Assembly (NCBI GenBank): GCA_002774425.1
Contig: PEYJ01000009.1
Coordinates: forward strand, 3,134 to 67,133
Source of the DNA: Parcubacteria group bacterium CG08_land_8_20_14_0_20_48_21
GTDB taxonomy: Bacteria; Patescibacteriota; Patescibacteriia; UBA1544
Length of the DNA stretch: 64,000 bases
Reading direction: 5' to 3'
Below are positions 29,476-39,434 of the stretch, one piece after another. The translations under genes were made by a program, and so were the position numbers. Position 1 is the stretch's first letter. Each line of letters opens with the position of its first letter. The notes beneath the pieces are model-generated. The model saw only the letters and a program-made list of their open reading frames with translations. It had not been told where the DNA came from and did not search any database.

Positions 29476-30777
29476 ATGACACATCGATTTTTTTCTCAAT
29501 CCAACACGGGCATGCTCCTTACAGGGAGTTTTTTTATCTTCTTTTTTGTGGTGCTCGGCATATTGAGCGTAGATAACGCGGCTTATGCGGCAACGGAAGT
29601 TTCTGCGCATGTTGCAACGCAATTACTTACACTACTCGCTCCCGAACAAGACGTTGTTTTGTATACCGCATCGTTTCTCATAACCGGTACCGCACCGCCT
29701 TCCGCCACGGTTGAAGTATATATTGATGGGACTCTTGACGGACAAGCAACGGTGGTTGGACGGGGAAACAAAGCCTACTATACCTACGAGTTGGCGCAAG
29801 GTGTTGAGAGCGGCGCACACACACTGTCGGTAAGCATACCGGGGATCGTCGTGTATCGTATTGATCAAAAATTTACAATCCAATCGGCGGTAGCGGTGCC
29901 ACTCATCCGCACCCCGGGACCGGGACTACTTCCGGATCCGGAGCCGGTAGTTTCCGGCATTGTGTCGTCGTATACCCGCGTGCGTCTGCTGGTAGACAAC
30001 CGGGTTCTGCAAGAAATAGCAGCCGAACCATCAGCACAAGCGTTAACCTCATTCGTTTTTGATAGAACACCCCCATTGCGTGTTGGCAAGCATACGATAG
30101 TTGCACAGGCGTTTCTTGACGCGGAACGAGCGAGTGATTTGAGCAAAGAAGTTCAGATCGAAGTTGTACCCTACTATCCCGCTCCAACACTACTGACCCC
30201 GGTTGTCAACACACAAACAACAATACAGCGTCCATGGTTGCAAGGGCTGGCGTTCAATGATGCGCGGGTCTACTTGGCGGTTGATGGAAAGTATCTTGGC
30301 GAATATGCGGTGGTGAATAGCGTTTCAGGCACCGCACACTTTTCCGTGCAGATGCCATACGCGCTTGCTCCGGGAGAACATATTTTGACCGCTCGTGCAA
30401 AAAATGCGAAAGGAAGTCTCATAAGCCCTACCTCTCGCCATACATTCACTATTGCACAGCCCCAAATTACAATCGGTGCGACTGAAACATCTCTGCCAAC
30501 AACAACTCTAACGAAAAAAACTTCTCTGCAGCAACAAGAGCAGAACGCAAGTCCAGAAACTGCTTCAACATTGGCAGGGACGGATCCTGCCAAGGATCCT
30601 ATTGCAACCTCAACCGCGGGTAGACTTGAGGAAAGTGCGCCACGCAAGTACAAGGGTATGGGATGGTGGATCATTCTTGCCGGTGTGGTGTTGCTGTTAT
30701 GGATTTGGTTTGGAGGATCATCATCCAATACTGATGGTACGGCAGAAGACGTATCATCTGACGATACAACATCCTAA
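29476..30777 (+). CDS. Surface protein with tandem Ig-like domains, Thr-rich linker and C-terminal TM
   Basis: N-terminal signal/TM, three repeats of G..V.l.vDg..G.H.l, WWIILAGVVLLLWIWF. Confidence 0.75.
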   Translation: MTHRFFSQSNTGMLLTGSFFIFFFVVLGILSVDNAAYAATEVSAHVATQLLTLLAPEQDVVLYTASFLITGTAPPSATVEVYIDGTLDGQATVVGRGNKAYYTYELAQGVESGAHTLSVSIPGIVVYRIDQKFTIQSAVAVPLIRTPGPGLLPDPEPVVSGIVSSYTRVRLLVDNRVLQEIAAEPSAQALTSFVFDRTPPLRVGKHTIVAQAFLDAERASDLSKEVQIEVVPYYPAPTLLTPVVNTQTTIQRPWLQGLAFNDARVYLAVDGKYLGEYAVVNSVSGTAHFSVQMPYALAPGEHILTARAKNAKGSLISPTSRHTFTIAQPQITIGATETSLPTTTLTKKTSLQQQEQNASPETASTLAGTDPAKDPIATSTAGRLEESAPRKYKGMGWWIILAGVVLLLWIWFGGSSSNTDGTAEDVSSDDTTS

Positions 30778-30864
30778 GCACAAATCCACTTGCATTGGAG
30801 GGCGTATATTATAGATTCACCAGAACGACTCTCTTTTGATGTAGTTCTTTTACCGGATCAGTAG

Positions 30865-31125
30865 ATGACTTTGAAGGTCGTTATGGCAAATACGGCGCTA
30901 TATTCCCGCTATCCAAAAGGAAGGATACGCTTGAGCTCCGTGATTGAAGGTATGGGCATACCGCACCTTACCATTTTTATGGGCTGCATCTCTGCAAAGG
31001 ACTTACCACTCCTTGAAAAGGAGCTGCTTACCATAAGCAGGCGGCATATTGCGCTACCCTCTGCGCAAATGCGACGTATGCGGACACACTATCAAACGGA
31101 GAAAAAGTTTCCGGTGTACGGGTAA
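30865..31125 (+). CDS. Hypothetical protein
   Basis: 86-aa ATG ORF with a plausible upstream promoter; no recognisable motif. Confidence 0.35.
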   Translation: MTLKVVMANTALYSRYPKGRIRLSSVIEGMGIPHLTIFMGCISAKDLPLLEKELLTISRRHIALPSAQMRRMRTHYQTEKKFPVYG

Positions 31126-31691
31126 AAATAACATCCGAGTTGCAACGAGTGCATGAAGACGTGGTGAATCGCTTTGCACCAATGTGTTACGACGAACACG
31201 CAACACTGGATACGCCCTACCCCCTCACCTGATCTGGAAGATATGACACTCCACTGGATCAACCGTTACGACCCATCTGCTACTCGCAAATTTTTTCCCG
31301 CGCATCACCACAGGGTTTGGCGAACACGAAGCAGGAGATATTTCTCTGCACACATGGTTTTTTGCACGGCACATCGCCGTGTGCCACTTGGAAAATTTCT
31401 GCACCTACAGAAAAAAACTACTTGAGGTACGCGTGAAGTCCTAAACAGTGTCACGCCCTTTCTGCAATGCGCATGACGCATTACTTTTTTATAGTGGCAT
31501 GTGAGGTAAGCACTATCATAAAGGCATGGGATGTAGGCAACCTTTCAATATTTTTACCAAGGCATTGCAATTTTTTAAAAAGGATGCTACAATCAGTCAT
31601 ACTAGGATCATAATTGTGATGCTAGTTTTTTTGTGGGGAATGCATAACCCGATCATTCCCTAGAGTATATTCAATATTCTCCTATCTCTCT

Positions 31692-33071
31692 ATGACCTCA
31701 CCCATTGCAACCGCTATCCAGCAGATTTGCCATGAAAAAGGCATTTCCAAAGAAGCGGTCATTGAAACTATTGAGTCGGCGCTCGCCGCCGCCTTTCGCA
31801 AGGATTTTGGCAACAAGATGCAGAACATCAAAGTCCAGTTTGATATTGAAACGGGCCAGTCCCGGGTGTTTGATGTGAAAATGGTAGTAGAGGATCTTCC
31901 CGCAGAGGAGCGAGAGTTGTGGCTGAAAGGCGAATGGCCGCCGAAGTCGGAGGAAGAAAATGCCAGAGAACAAAAACCCGAGGGAAAAAGCAAAGAGGCA
32001 AAAATGGAGGACAGGAAAGCAAAGGAAAGCGATAAGCATGGTGTGACCGAAGGAGAAGAGGAAGAAGAAAAGCGTTTCAACCCAAAAACTGAAGTGCAAA
32101 TCACTGATGCGCAAGAGCAGCAAAAAGGCATCGCGCTTGGCGAAGAATTGGTTATGGAGCTTGATGTACCATCTACCTACGGTCGTATGGCGGCACAGAC
32201 GGCAAAACAAGTTATTATTCAAAAAATTCGCGAAGCGGAGCGCGTCATGATTTATGAAGACTTTAAGGATAAGGAGCATACGCTGATTACGGGGGTCGTG
32301 CATCGGCGTGATGCGCGGGGTGTATTAATTGATCTGGGACGCGCGAATGGCGTGCTACCGTATGATCACCAAATTCCCGGAGAGCGCTACAATCAAGGAT
32401 CGCGCATCAAGGCGTATGTGACGGCAATTGAAATGACGCCAAAAGGTCCGCAAATATTACTTTCTCGCACCAACACGGAAATAGTGCGGGAATTATTCGC
32501 GACTGAAATACCGGAAGTAGGCAGCGAGGCGATTCTCATTCGCGCAATTGCGCGCGAACCCGGGGCACGATCCAAAGTTGCGGTTGAATCCACACAGGAC
32601 TCCATTGACCCCATAGGCTCCTGCGTAGGGCAGCGTGGCAGCCGTATCCAAACCATCATTTCCGAATTGGGTGGCGAAAAGATTGATATCATTGAATATA
32701 ACGAAAGTCCGACTACGTATATCGCTAACGCGCTTTCCCCCGCAAAGACCATACGGGTTGAGGTGGATGCAGCGTACAAAATTGCAAAAGTAACGGTCAA
32801 GGAAGATCAGCTCTCACTGGCAATTGGTCGTGAAGGACAAAACGTGCGGCTTGCCGCGCAGCTTACGGGTTGGAAGATTGATATTGTTGGAGAAGATGGT
32901 GCAATGACGGAAGAAGTTGCTTCAGCCGATGAACAAACAACGCCGACATCTTCAGAAGAAAAAAATACACAACCCGATCAGGTTGAAAAAGAAATAACGG
33001 AAAACGATAAAGAACTATCTGCTGACGCATCTCAACAAAAAAAGAAAAAGAAAAAAGACGCAAAAGCGTAA
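31692..33071 (+). CDS. nusA: Transcription termination/antitermination factor NusA
   Basis: GRMAAQTAKQ, S1 domain, AREPGARSKVAV, AIGREGQNVRLA. Confidence 0.97.
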   Translation: MTSPIATAIQQICHEKGISKEAVIETIESALAAAFRKDFGNKMQNIKVQFDIETGQSRVFDVKMVVEDLPAEERELWLKGEWPPKSEEENAREQKPEGKSKEAKMEDRKAKESDKHGVTEGEEEEEKRFNPKTEVQITDAQEQQKGIALGEELVMELDVPSTYGRMAAQTAKQVIIQKIREAERVMIYEDFKDKEHTLITGVVHRRDARGVLIDLGRANGVLPYDHQIPGERYNQGSRIKAYVTAIEMTPKGPQILLSRTNTEIVRELFATEIPEVGSEAILIRAIAREPGARSKVAVESTQDSIDPIGSCVGQRGSRIQTIISELGGEKIDIIEYNESPTTYIANALSPAKTIRVEVDAAYKIAKVTVKEDQLSLAIGREGQNVRLAAQLTGWKIDIVGEDGAMTEEVASADEQTTPTSSEEKNTQPDQVEKEITENDKELSADASQQKKKKKKDAKA

Positions 33072-33115
33072 TTTCCCCCTAACGTTTAGTTGCTTATGCA
33101 TTAATGCTTTTTTGT

Positions 33116-35122
33116 ATGTCATTCTACATTATTTTTACACTCATTGCTTCGCTACTGGCTATTGTTTATGGTGTGGTACTCGCGCGTGCTATTTTGAAAA
33201 AACCGGCGGGGTCAGAACGTATGCAGGAAATCGCACATGCCATACAAATTGGCGCCGCAGCCTATCTCAACCGACAGTATAAAACCATAGGTGTAGTGGC
33301 GGTGGTATTGTTTTTGGTTTTAGGATTCTTTCTCAATTGGATGACCGCTGTAGCATTTGTAGTCGGCGCGGTTCTTTCAGGAGCGGCGGGCTACATTGGC
33401 ATGTTCGTTTCGGTACGCGCAAATGTACGCACAGCCGAACAGGCGCGCAATGGACTTGCCGCGGCATTTGACGTGGCGACGAAGGGAGGCGCGGTTACAG
33501 GGCTTCTAGTCGTCGGTTTGGGACTTTTGGGAGTTTCCGGATTTTTTGCGCTGACGCATGACCCCAAAGCTTTAATTGGTTTGGGATTCGGAGGATCACT
33601 CATATCCATTTTTGCGCGCTTGGGCGGCGGAATTTTTACCAAGGCCGCAGACGTTGGTGCTGACTTGGTAGGGAAGGTTGAGGCGGGTATTCCCGAAGAT
33701 GATCCGCGCAATCCTGCCGTGATTGCCGATAACGTTGGCGATAATGTGGGCGATTGCGCTGGTATGGCGGCGGATCTGTTTGAAACGTATGCGGTTACTT
33801 CTATCGCGACCATGTTATTGGGGTCTCTTGTTTTTCAGGGAAATGAAAATGCCATTCTGTATCCGTTGGTATTGGGCGGTGTTTCCATCATCGCGTCAAT
33901 TATTGGCACTTTTTTTATAAAAATAGGCGCATCCGGCAACATCATGGGAGGCTTATACAAAGGACTAATTGCGAGCGGCATTATTTCGGCGGTGCTCTTT
34001 TGGCCGGTAACCAAGCGGATGTTTCCGGAAGATTTATATGATTTTTCTACCGTGGAACTGTATGCGGCGGCACTTGTAGGTCTCGTGATCACCGCTCTGC
34101 TCGTGGTGCTGACCGAATATTATACTTCAACAAAATATAAGCCGGTGCGCTCAATCGCCGAGGCCTCAACAACGGGACATGGTACCAACATTATTACCGG
34201 ACTCGGCGTTAGCATGAAAGCAACCGTTTTGCCGGTTGTCGTGATTGCGGCGGGAATCTGGACAAGTTTTTATTTTGCGGGTATGTATGGCATTGCCATC
34301 GCTGCGATGAGCATGCTCTCCATGGCAGGGATTATTGTGGCAATTGACGCTTATGGTCCCATTACCGACAACGCTGGCGGTATCGCCGAAATGGCGGAAT
34401 TACCCGAGGAAGTACGTGCGGTAACCGACCCTCTGGATGCTGTGGGGAACACCACAAAAGCTATAACCAAGGGCTACGCCATAGGATCGGCGGGACTTGC
34501 AACCCTCGTGTTGTTTGGATCGTATACCCAGGAGTTTATTGATTTGGGCAAGCAGTTGACCTTTCAATTGAGCGATCCGAAAGTTATTATCGGTTTGTTC
34601 ATCGGCGGTATGTTGCCGTATCTCTTTGGAGCGCTTGCAATGGAGGCGGTAGGAAAAACCGCAGGAAAGGTGGTGGATGAGGTGCGGCGGCAATTCAAGG
34701 AGAAGCCGGGCATCATGCAAGGAACGGAAAAACCCGATTACGCGCGGACAGTGGATATGGTGACTAAAGATGCTATTCAGCAGATGATTGTACCAGCACT
34801 CATTCCCGTACTTGCGCCCATAGCCATCCTCTTAATTTTTGGCAAGAGCGCGTCCATTGTTATTGGCGGTATGTTGATTGGGGCCATTCTTACAGGAATT
34901 TTTATTGCAATATCTATGACCTCGGGCGGCGGTGCGTGGGACAATGCGAAAAAATATATTGAGGAGGGAAATTTCGGCGGCAAAGGTTCTCCGGCGCATG
35001 CGGCGGCAGTAACGGGTGATACGGTGGGCGACCCTTACAAAGACACGGCAGGACCCGCGATCAATCCGATGATTAAAATTCTCAACATCATGGCATTGTT
35101 GATGGTGGCATTTTTGGTATAG
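33116..35122 (+). CDS. hppA: Membrane-bound pyrophosphatase, K+-independent H+-pumping type
   Basis: [33 protein letters not shown]. Confidence 0.95.
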   Translation: MSFYIIFTLIASLLAIVYGVVLARAILKKPAGSERMQEIAHAIQIGAAAYLNRQYKTIGVVAVVLFLVLGFFLNWMTAVAFVVGAVLSGAAGYIGMFVSVRANVRTAEQARNGLAAAFDVATKGGAVTGLLVVGLGLLGVSGFFALTHDPKALIGLGFGGSLISIFARLGGGIFTKAADVGADLVGKVEAGIPEDDPRNPAVIADNVGDNVGDCAGMAADLFETYAVTSIATMLLGSLVFQGNENAILYPLVLGGVSIIASIIGTFFIKIGASGNIMGGLYKGLIASGIISAVLFWPVTKRMFPEDLYDFSTVELYAAALVGLVITALLVVLTEYYTSTKYKPVRSIAEASTTGHGTNIITGLGVSMKATVLPVVVIAAGIWTSFYFAGMYGIAIAAMSMLSMAGIIVAIDAYGPITDNAGGIAEMAELPEEVRAVTDPLDAVGNTTKAITKGYAIGSAGLATLVLFGSYTQEFIDLGKQLTFQLSDPKVIIGLFIGGMLPYLFGALAMEAVGKTAGKVVDEVRRQFKEKPGIMQGTEKPDYARTVDMVTKDAIQQMIVPALIPVLAPIAILLIFGKSASIVIGGMLIGAILTGIFIAISMTSGGGAWDNAKKYIEEGNFGGKGSPAHAAAVTGDTVGDPYKDTAGPAINPMIKILNIMALLMVAFLV

Positions 35123-35389
35123 AGCTTACAGGGTGTTCACCCCACGCTAGCTTATAGAAAAAACCCCGCAATCCGCCAGTAGGTGGAGTGGGGATTTTGT
35201 ATGATCAAAGTGCATCACCATCTGACGGCTTTCATAGAATGATTATTTTTTTATTGTAGTGATATGGGGGTTTGATTGCCGATTTTTGATGTCCGGGTCA
35301 TTCGTTCATTGCGTTCCGTTGTGTTGTTGACAAAACGGCAAGGGGGGAGGGGTATGATAAAGGGAGAATTATTTTTTAATCCATACTTT

Positions 35390-35863
35390 ATGACTCCAAG
35401 AAAATCAGGAGAGATGCCGTCGCCTGAAGAACAGGCAGAGATATCAAAAGAGAGAATTTATCACGATGACCTGCTACTCAATGATGGGGAATATAAATCC
35501 CAATATCATGTTGACGAACATGGCAATGCTGTATTACGTCCTACGCCAAAACAGATTGAATCGATGAGAAAATTTGATTCTTGGAAAGAAAAGCCAAGAG
35601 AGTACGGAAAGACTTTTTATAAAGAGTTGGAAGGGGTGCAAGATTTTATGGATATAAATATAAGTATGGACAAACAAGAAGACCGAAGTTCTGGAATAAA
35701 CGTTGCAGAGTCTAATCTTTATTCAAAAGAATTGTCTGTATCACTTTTCACTGATACCGAACAAGATGGTAAAATAAAGAACTACCAAGTATTTATGAGC
35801 GGCAATGATGAATATGCGTTTTTTTGTGCTTCAAATTTTAAGTTTTACGTTTTAGAATTTTAG
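35390..35863 (+). CDS. AT-rich hypothetical protein
   Basis: ORF MTPRKSGEMPSPEEQAEISKER..; lower GC than neighbours; start approximate. Confidence 0.5.
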   Translation: MTPRKSGEMPSPEEQAEISKERIYHDDLLLNDGEYKSQYHVDEHGNAVLRPTPKQIESMRKFDSWKEKPREYGKTFYKELEGVQDFMDINISMDKQEDRSSGINVAESNLYSKELSVSLFTDTEQDGKIKNYQVFMSGNDEYAFFCASNFKFYVLEF

Positions 35864-36549
35864 CCGTAGTACTTCTCCGTATAAAACCGCAGGAGCTGCT
35901 CCACCTCTGGAATACAGGTGGGATCGCCTGTGCCGACTTTGGTTTTCTTCTGCACTTTTTCCAGCGTATCAGCTCCTTCCAATACCGCTTCTTCAATATC
36001 CTTGTTGGTAATATGCAGCACCTTATCAATGACTTTAGCACCTTCCACCACAATGCGCGTGTGCTGGTTCGTGTTTTTAAAATAGTCGTTGATGGCCATG
36101 CGCAGTGCTTTGTCGCCCAAGACCGAGCAATGGATTTTACGGGTGGGAAGCCCACCCAAGCGTTCTTGTATGTGCTGCGGACGTATCCCCATGGCTTCAG
36201 CAAGCGTCATCCCCTCGTTTTCCGATACCATGACCGACATGACGCTCGTTGCGGCAATGGCGGAGCCACAGCCAAACGTCTGCCACTTGCACTCTTTGAT
36301 GCGCTCGGTTTTAGGATCCACCTTAATCCAGACTTTCATCATATCGCCACACGCGGGAGACCCCACAAAGCCCTTGCCGTCTGCCGGATACTCCTCGCCT
36401 TCGTTTAACATGAGTAAGTTGCGCGGATGGAAAAAGTGGTCTTTTACCTCTTTGGTGTAGACCCAGGTTTCACCGGTGTACGCATCGCGAATCTCGGTTT
36501 GCATACCGGAGACTTTTTTCTTTCCCTTGGTAGTTAGGTGATTTTGCAT
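35860..36549 (-). CDS. IscU/NifU-type Fe-S scaffold with C-terminal BFD-like domain
   Basis: GSPACGDMM, FGCGSAIA, KIHCS. Confidence 0.9.
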   Translation of the reverse strand: MQNHLTTKGKKKVSGMQTEIRDAYTGETWVYTKEVKDHFFHPRNLLMLNEGEEYPADGKGFVGSPACGDMMKVWIKVDPKTERIKECKWQTFGCGSAIAATSVMSVMVSENEGMTLAEAMGIRPQHIQERLGGLPTRKIHCSVLGDKALRMAINDYFKNTNQHTRIVVEGAKVIDKVLHITNKDIEEAVLEGADTLEKVQKKTKVGTGDPTCIPEVEQLLRFYTEKYYG

Positions 36550-36578
36550 AATAATAGCACAGAAAGAATCAATAGGCA

Positions 36579-37870
36579 GACTTTGTAGATTCCGAGGACT
36601 TACGAAGTCAAAACATTGGATTTATCTTTGATGCACTTTCGGGTGATTGGCGTATTTCGGATCAAGGTGCAGATGCACGGGTGAGATGGCGCGCAGGCGT
36701 TCAACGATTGGCGGCATAATGTTGAGCACATAGTCTAAATCTTTTTTGGTTGTTGCGTGCCCCAGCGTAAAACGAATACTCCCGTGCGCAAATTCATACG
36801 GTAAACCCATGGCGGTAATGACGTGTGAGGGATCCAGCGTGGTGGATGTACACGCGGAACCCGTAGAGCAGGCAACACCTTTTGCATCCATATAGAGAAG
36901 GAATGCTTCACCCTCAATGTCCATAATGGTAACATTGACATTATTTGGGAGACGTTCAGTGGGGTGGCCGTTCAGGCGGGTTTTGGGAATGGTGGTGAGG
37001 ATGCCCTGCATAAAATAGTCGCGCAGTTTCGTGAGCCGCTCATTTTCCCGTTCCCGATTATCTTGCGCGAGAAGCAATGCTTTTGCAAGCCCGACGATTA
37101 ACGGAACGTTCTCGGTGCCGCTGCGCAAATTTTTTTCCTGCCCGCCGCCAAAGATAATTGACTGCAGTGCCACGCCTCTTCGCGCATAGAGCGCGCCAAC
37201 GCCTTTGGGGCCGTAGAGTTTACTGCCATTGATGGTGAGTAAATCAACATGGAGTTTGCGCACATCCAAATCCAACGCCCCTGCCGCTTGGCACGCATCC
37301 GTGTGCATGAGCGCGCCATTTTTTTGTACGATTTTGCCTATAGCGTTAAGGGGATTGATGGTACCCACTTCGTTATTGGCATACATGACGGAAACGAGTA
37401 TCGTATCATCGCGCAGCAACGCCTCTATGGTTTTTGGCTGTACCTGCCCAAGCGCATCCACCGGAGCGTAGCTGACCTCAAAGCCTTCTTTTTCCAATTG
37501 TTCAGCCGGATGCAGTACGGCGTGGTGCTCCACAGCCGAAACAATAATATGTTTGCCCTTTTTTTTATTGGCACGCGCAACGCCGAGGATTGCGAGATTA
37601 TCGCTTTCGGTACCGGATCCGGTAAAGATGATTTCTTCGGGATTTGCGGCATGCACAATATCGGCAATGATTTTGCGTGTGGCATCCAGCGTTAATTTTG
37701 CCCGCAGCCCTTTTGCGTACAATCCTCCGGGATTTCCGTAGTTTTCCGTAAAGTAGGGCAACATGGCTTCTACGACCTGCGGATCGGTCGGCGTGGTTGC
37801 GGCGTGATCAAGATATATGTACTGCATATGCGATTGTTGGACTTCGCAAGTCCAACGGACTTACGAAGTC
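36579..37870. repeat. Two copies of a REP-like palindrome flanking iscS (36579-36609 and 37840-37870)
   Basis: Identical 14-mer GGACTTACGAAGTC at 36596 and 37857, each the right arm of a GACTT..GAAGTC hairpin. Confidence 0.6.
36622..37827 (-). CDS. iscS: Cysteine desulfurase
   Basis: YLDHAATTP, HTDACQ, PLP lysine (GSKLYGPKG), STGSACTS. Confidence 0.95.
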   Translation of the reverse strand: MQYIYLDHAATTPTDPQVVEAMLPYFTENYGNPGGLYAKGLRAKLTLDATRKIIADIVHAANPEEIIFTGSGTESDNLAILGVARANKKKGKHIIVSAVEHHAVLHPAEQLEKEGFEVSYAPVDALGQVQPKTIEALLRDDTILVSVMYANNEVGTINPLNAIGKIVQKNGALMHTDACQAAGALDLDVRKLHVDLLTINGSKLYGPKGVGALYARRGVALQSIIFGGGQEKNLRSGTENVPLIVGLAKALLLAQDNRERENERLTKLRDYFMQGILTTIPKTRLNGHPTERLPNNVNVTIMDIEGEAFLLYMDAKGVACSTGSACTSTTLDPSHVITAMGLPYEFAHGSIRFTLGHATTKKDLDYVLNIMPPIVERLRAISPVHLHLDPKYANHPKVHQR

Positions 37871-37882
37871 GGTAGATTGATG

Positions 37883-38296
37883 CTACGAACTACTTTTTAT
37901 GATATCTGCAAGTGTCGTATCGCCCAGAAGATCACTGATGTTTGTTTTGAGTTTTTCCCACTCGCTCTTTGTGCCACAGATATGCTGTGTCGGACACGCT
38001 CGCCCATCACGAGTACAGGGTGCTATGGCAATTGGTCCGTCCAAAATCTCCACTATTTCTTTAAGGGTAATGGTGTTGGATTTTCGCGCAAGCGCGTAAC
38101 CGCCGCCAAGACCTTCTTTGCTCACGACAAGCCGCGCTTGTTTCAAATGGCGCACGATCTGGGCGAGAAAAGAGTAAGGCAGTCTCTTGTGCTTGGAGAT
38201 GGCGCGCAATGACAGCGGGCTTCCCTTGGCGTTTTCCGCAAGTGCTGTCATAAGCACCACCCCATAATCAGCTTTTGTTGATATACCAAAACTCAT
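37883..38296 (-). CDS. iscR: Rrf2-family regulator (IscR-like)
   Basis: STKADYG, G..GGYALA, Cys cluster C..C..C; heads the iscS-iscU operon. Confidence 0.8.
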   Translation of the reverse strand: MSFGISTKADYGVVLMTALAENAKGSPLSLRAISKHKRLPYSFLAQIVRHLKQARLVVSKEGLGGGYALARKSNTITLKEIVEILDGPIAIAPCTRDGRACPTQHICGTKSEWEKLKTNISDLLGDTTLADIIKSSS

Positions 38297-38365
38297 ACGT
38301 ATATGTAATGAGTTTAGCATAAAAAAAATAAAGGTCAAGACTAACGAACCACGTGCTTTTCTATG

Positions 38366-39334
38366 CTATACAGTATGTGCAAGTGTTTCTTTTACAATAC
38401 TTACCACCTCGTCTAGCGTAAGCCGTGTTGGGGGAATGGTGCCGGGATTAACGCCACCATTCTGTATCGTATTTGCCGCGATGTCGTAAAACCACTCTGG
38501 CACTTCCGCAATTCTTCCGGCAGCAATAAGCCTATCATCCGACGGCAAGATAGCATTGCCTTGTTTTCGTATCTCAAAAACGCGAATCTGATAAATAAAC
38601 GCCCGCAAGTTTACCTTTCTTGCTTGTTTGGTAATAATATTGATATGACCGGATGATCGTCTTTGCACAACAAGGTCAATCATCTTTGCCGCACGCACGA
38701 ATCCCGCAAGGGCTATATCATCGGAAGTAATTTGCGCGATTTTAATTTTTCTTTTTCCTTGCCGCACCACATGCACTTTTGCCTCACCGGTTTGCAAAAG
38801 ATTATCCCATGTTTTTGGTAATTCAATATTACGTCGCATTTCTTCTTGTACATGCACATTCAAGATTGGGAAGAGTATCTCAAGAATCTTCTTGGGTTCA
38901 GCGAAGTACTGTCTGTTGAGATTCATAATAATGCCGGATAGACCAAACGCGCGGTCAAGCGGATCATCGCTGATTGTTCCTTTGCCATCCAAATCATCGC
39001 GTTTCGCCCAGGCGAGTATCTTCTTAAATACCACATTATCTTCAATGCCAAGATGCAGTGCCACAAGTGTTGCCACCGATTCTTTTTTTTCATGCCGTTC
39101 GTTATATGCATGATGGTCAAAACGTCCACCACCTAAGTCAAGAACGATAACTCCCCCTTGTTCAAAATCATGCGGAGTTTTTCCTTCAGGAAGTTCGGTC
39201 AGAAATGCAAAGTTTGCTTTTTCAATTCCGGGAAACATCTTGCCTCCAAAATTTTTGAGAAGATACGCCGCAACGGTGGTATCAGCTTGAATTTTTGGAA
39301 AGAGAATGATTTTTGAAAAATTTTTTGTGTGCAT
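38366..39334 (-). CDS. DHH/MYG1-like phosphoesterase-fold hypothetical protein
   Basis: QADTTVA, VLDLGGGRFDHH, RDD. Confidence 0.6.
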   Translation of the reverse strand: MHTKNFSKIILFPKIQADTTVAAYLLKNFGGKMFPGIEKANFAFLTELPEGKTPHDFEQGGVIVLDLGGGRFDHHAYNERHEKKESVATLVALHLGIEDNVVFKKILAWAKRDDLDGKGTISDDPLDRAFGLSGIIMNLNRQYFAEPKKILEILFPILNVHVQEEMRRNIELPKTWDNLLQTGEAKVHVVRQGKRKIKIAQITSDDIALAGFVRAAKMIDLVVQRRSSGHINIITKQARKVNLRAFIYQIRVFEIRKQGNAILPSDDRLIAAGRIAEVPEWFYDIAANTIQNGGVNPGTIPPTRLTLDEVVSIVKETLAHTV

Positions 39335-39434
39335 ATATTGTTATACTACGCGTTTTTTATTGCATGCACAAGACTGCGAAAGAAATATAGATGCCCCCGT
39401 CCGATGAAAATCAGACGGGGGCGTTGGTTTGTCT

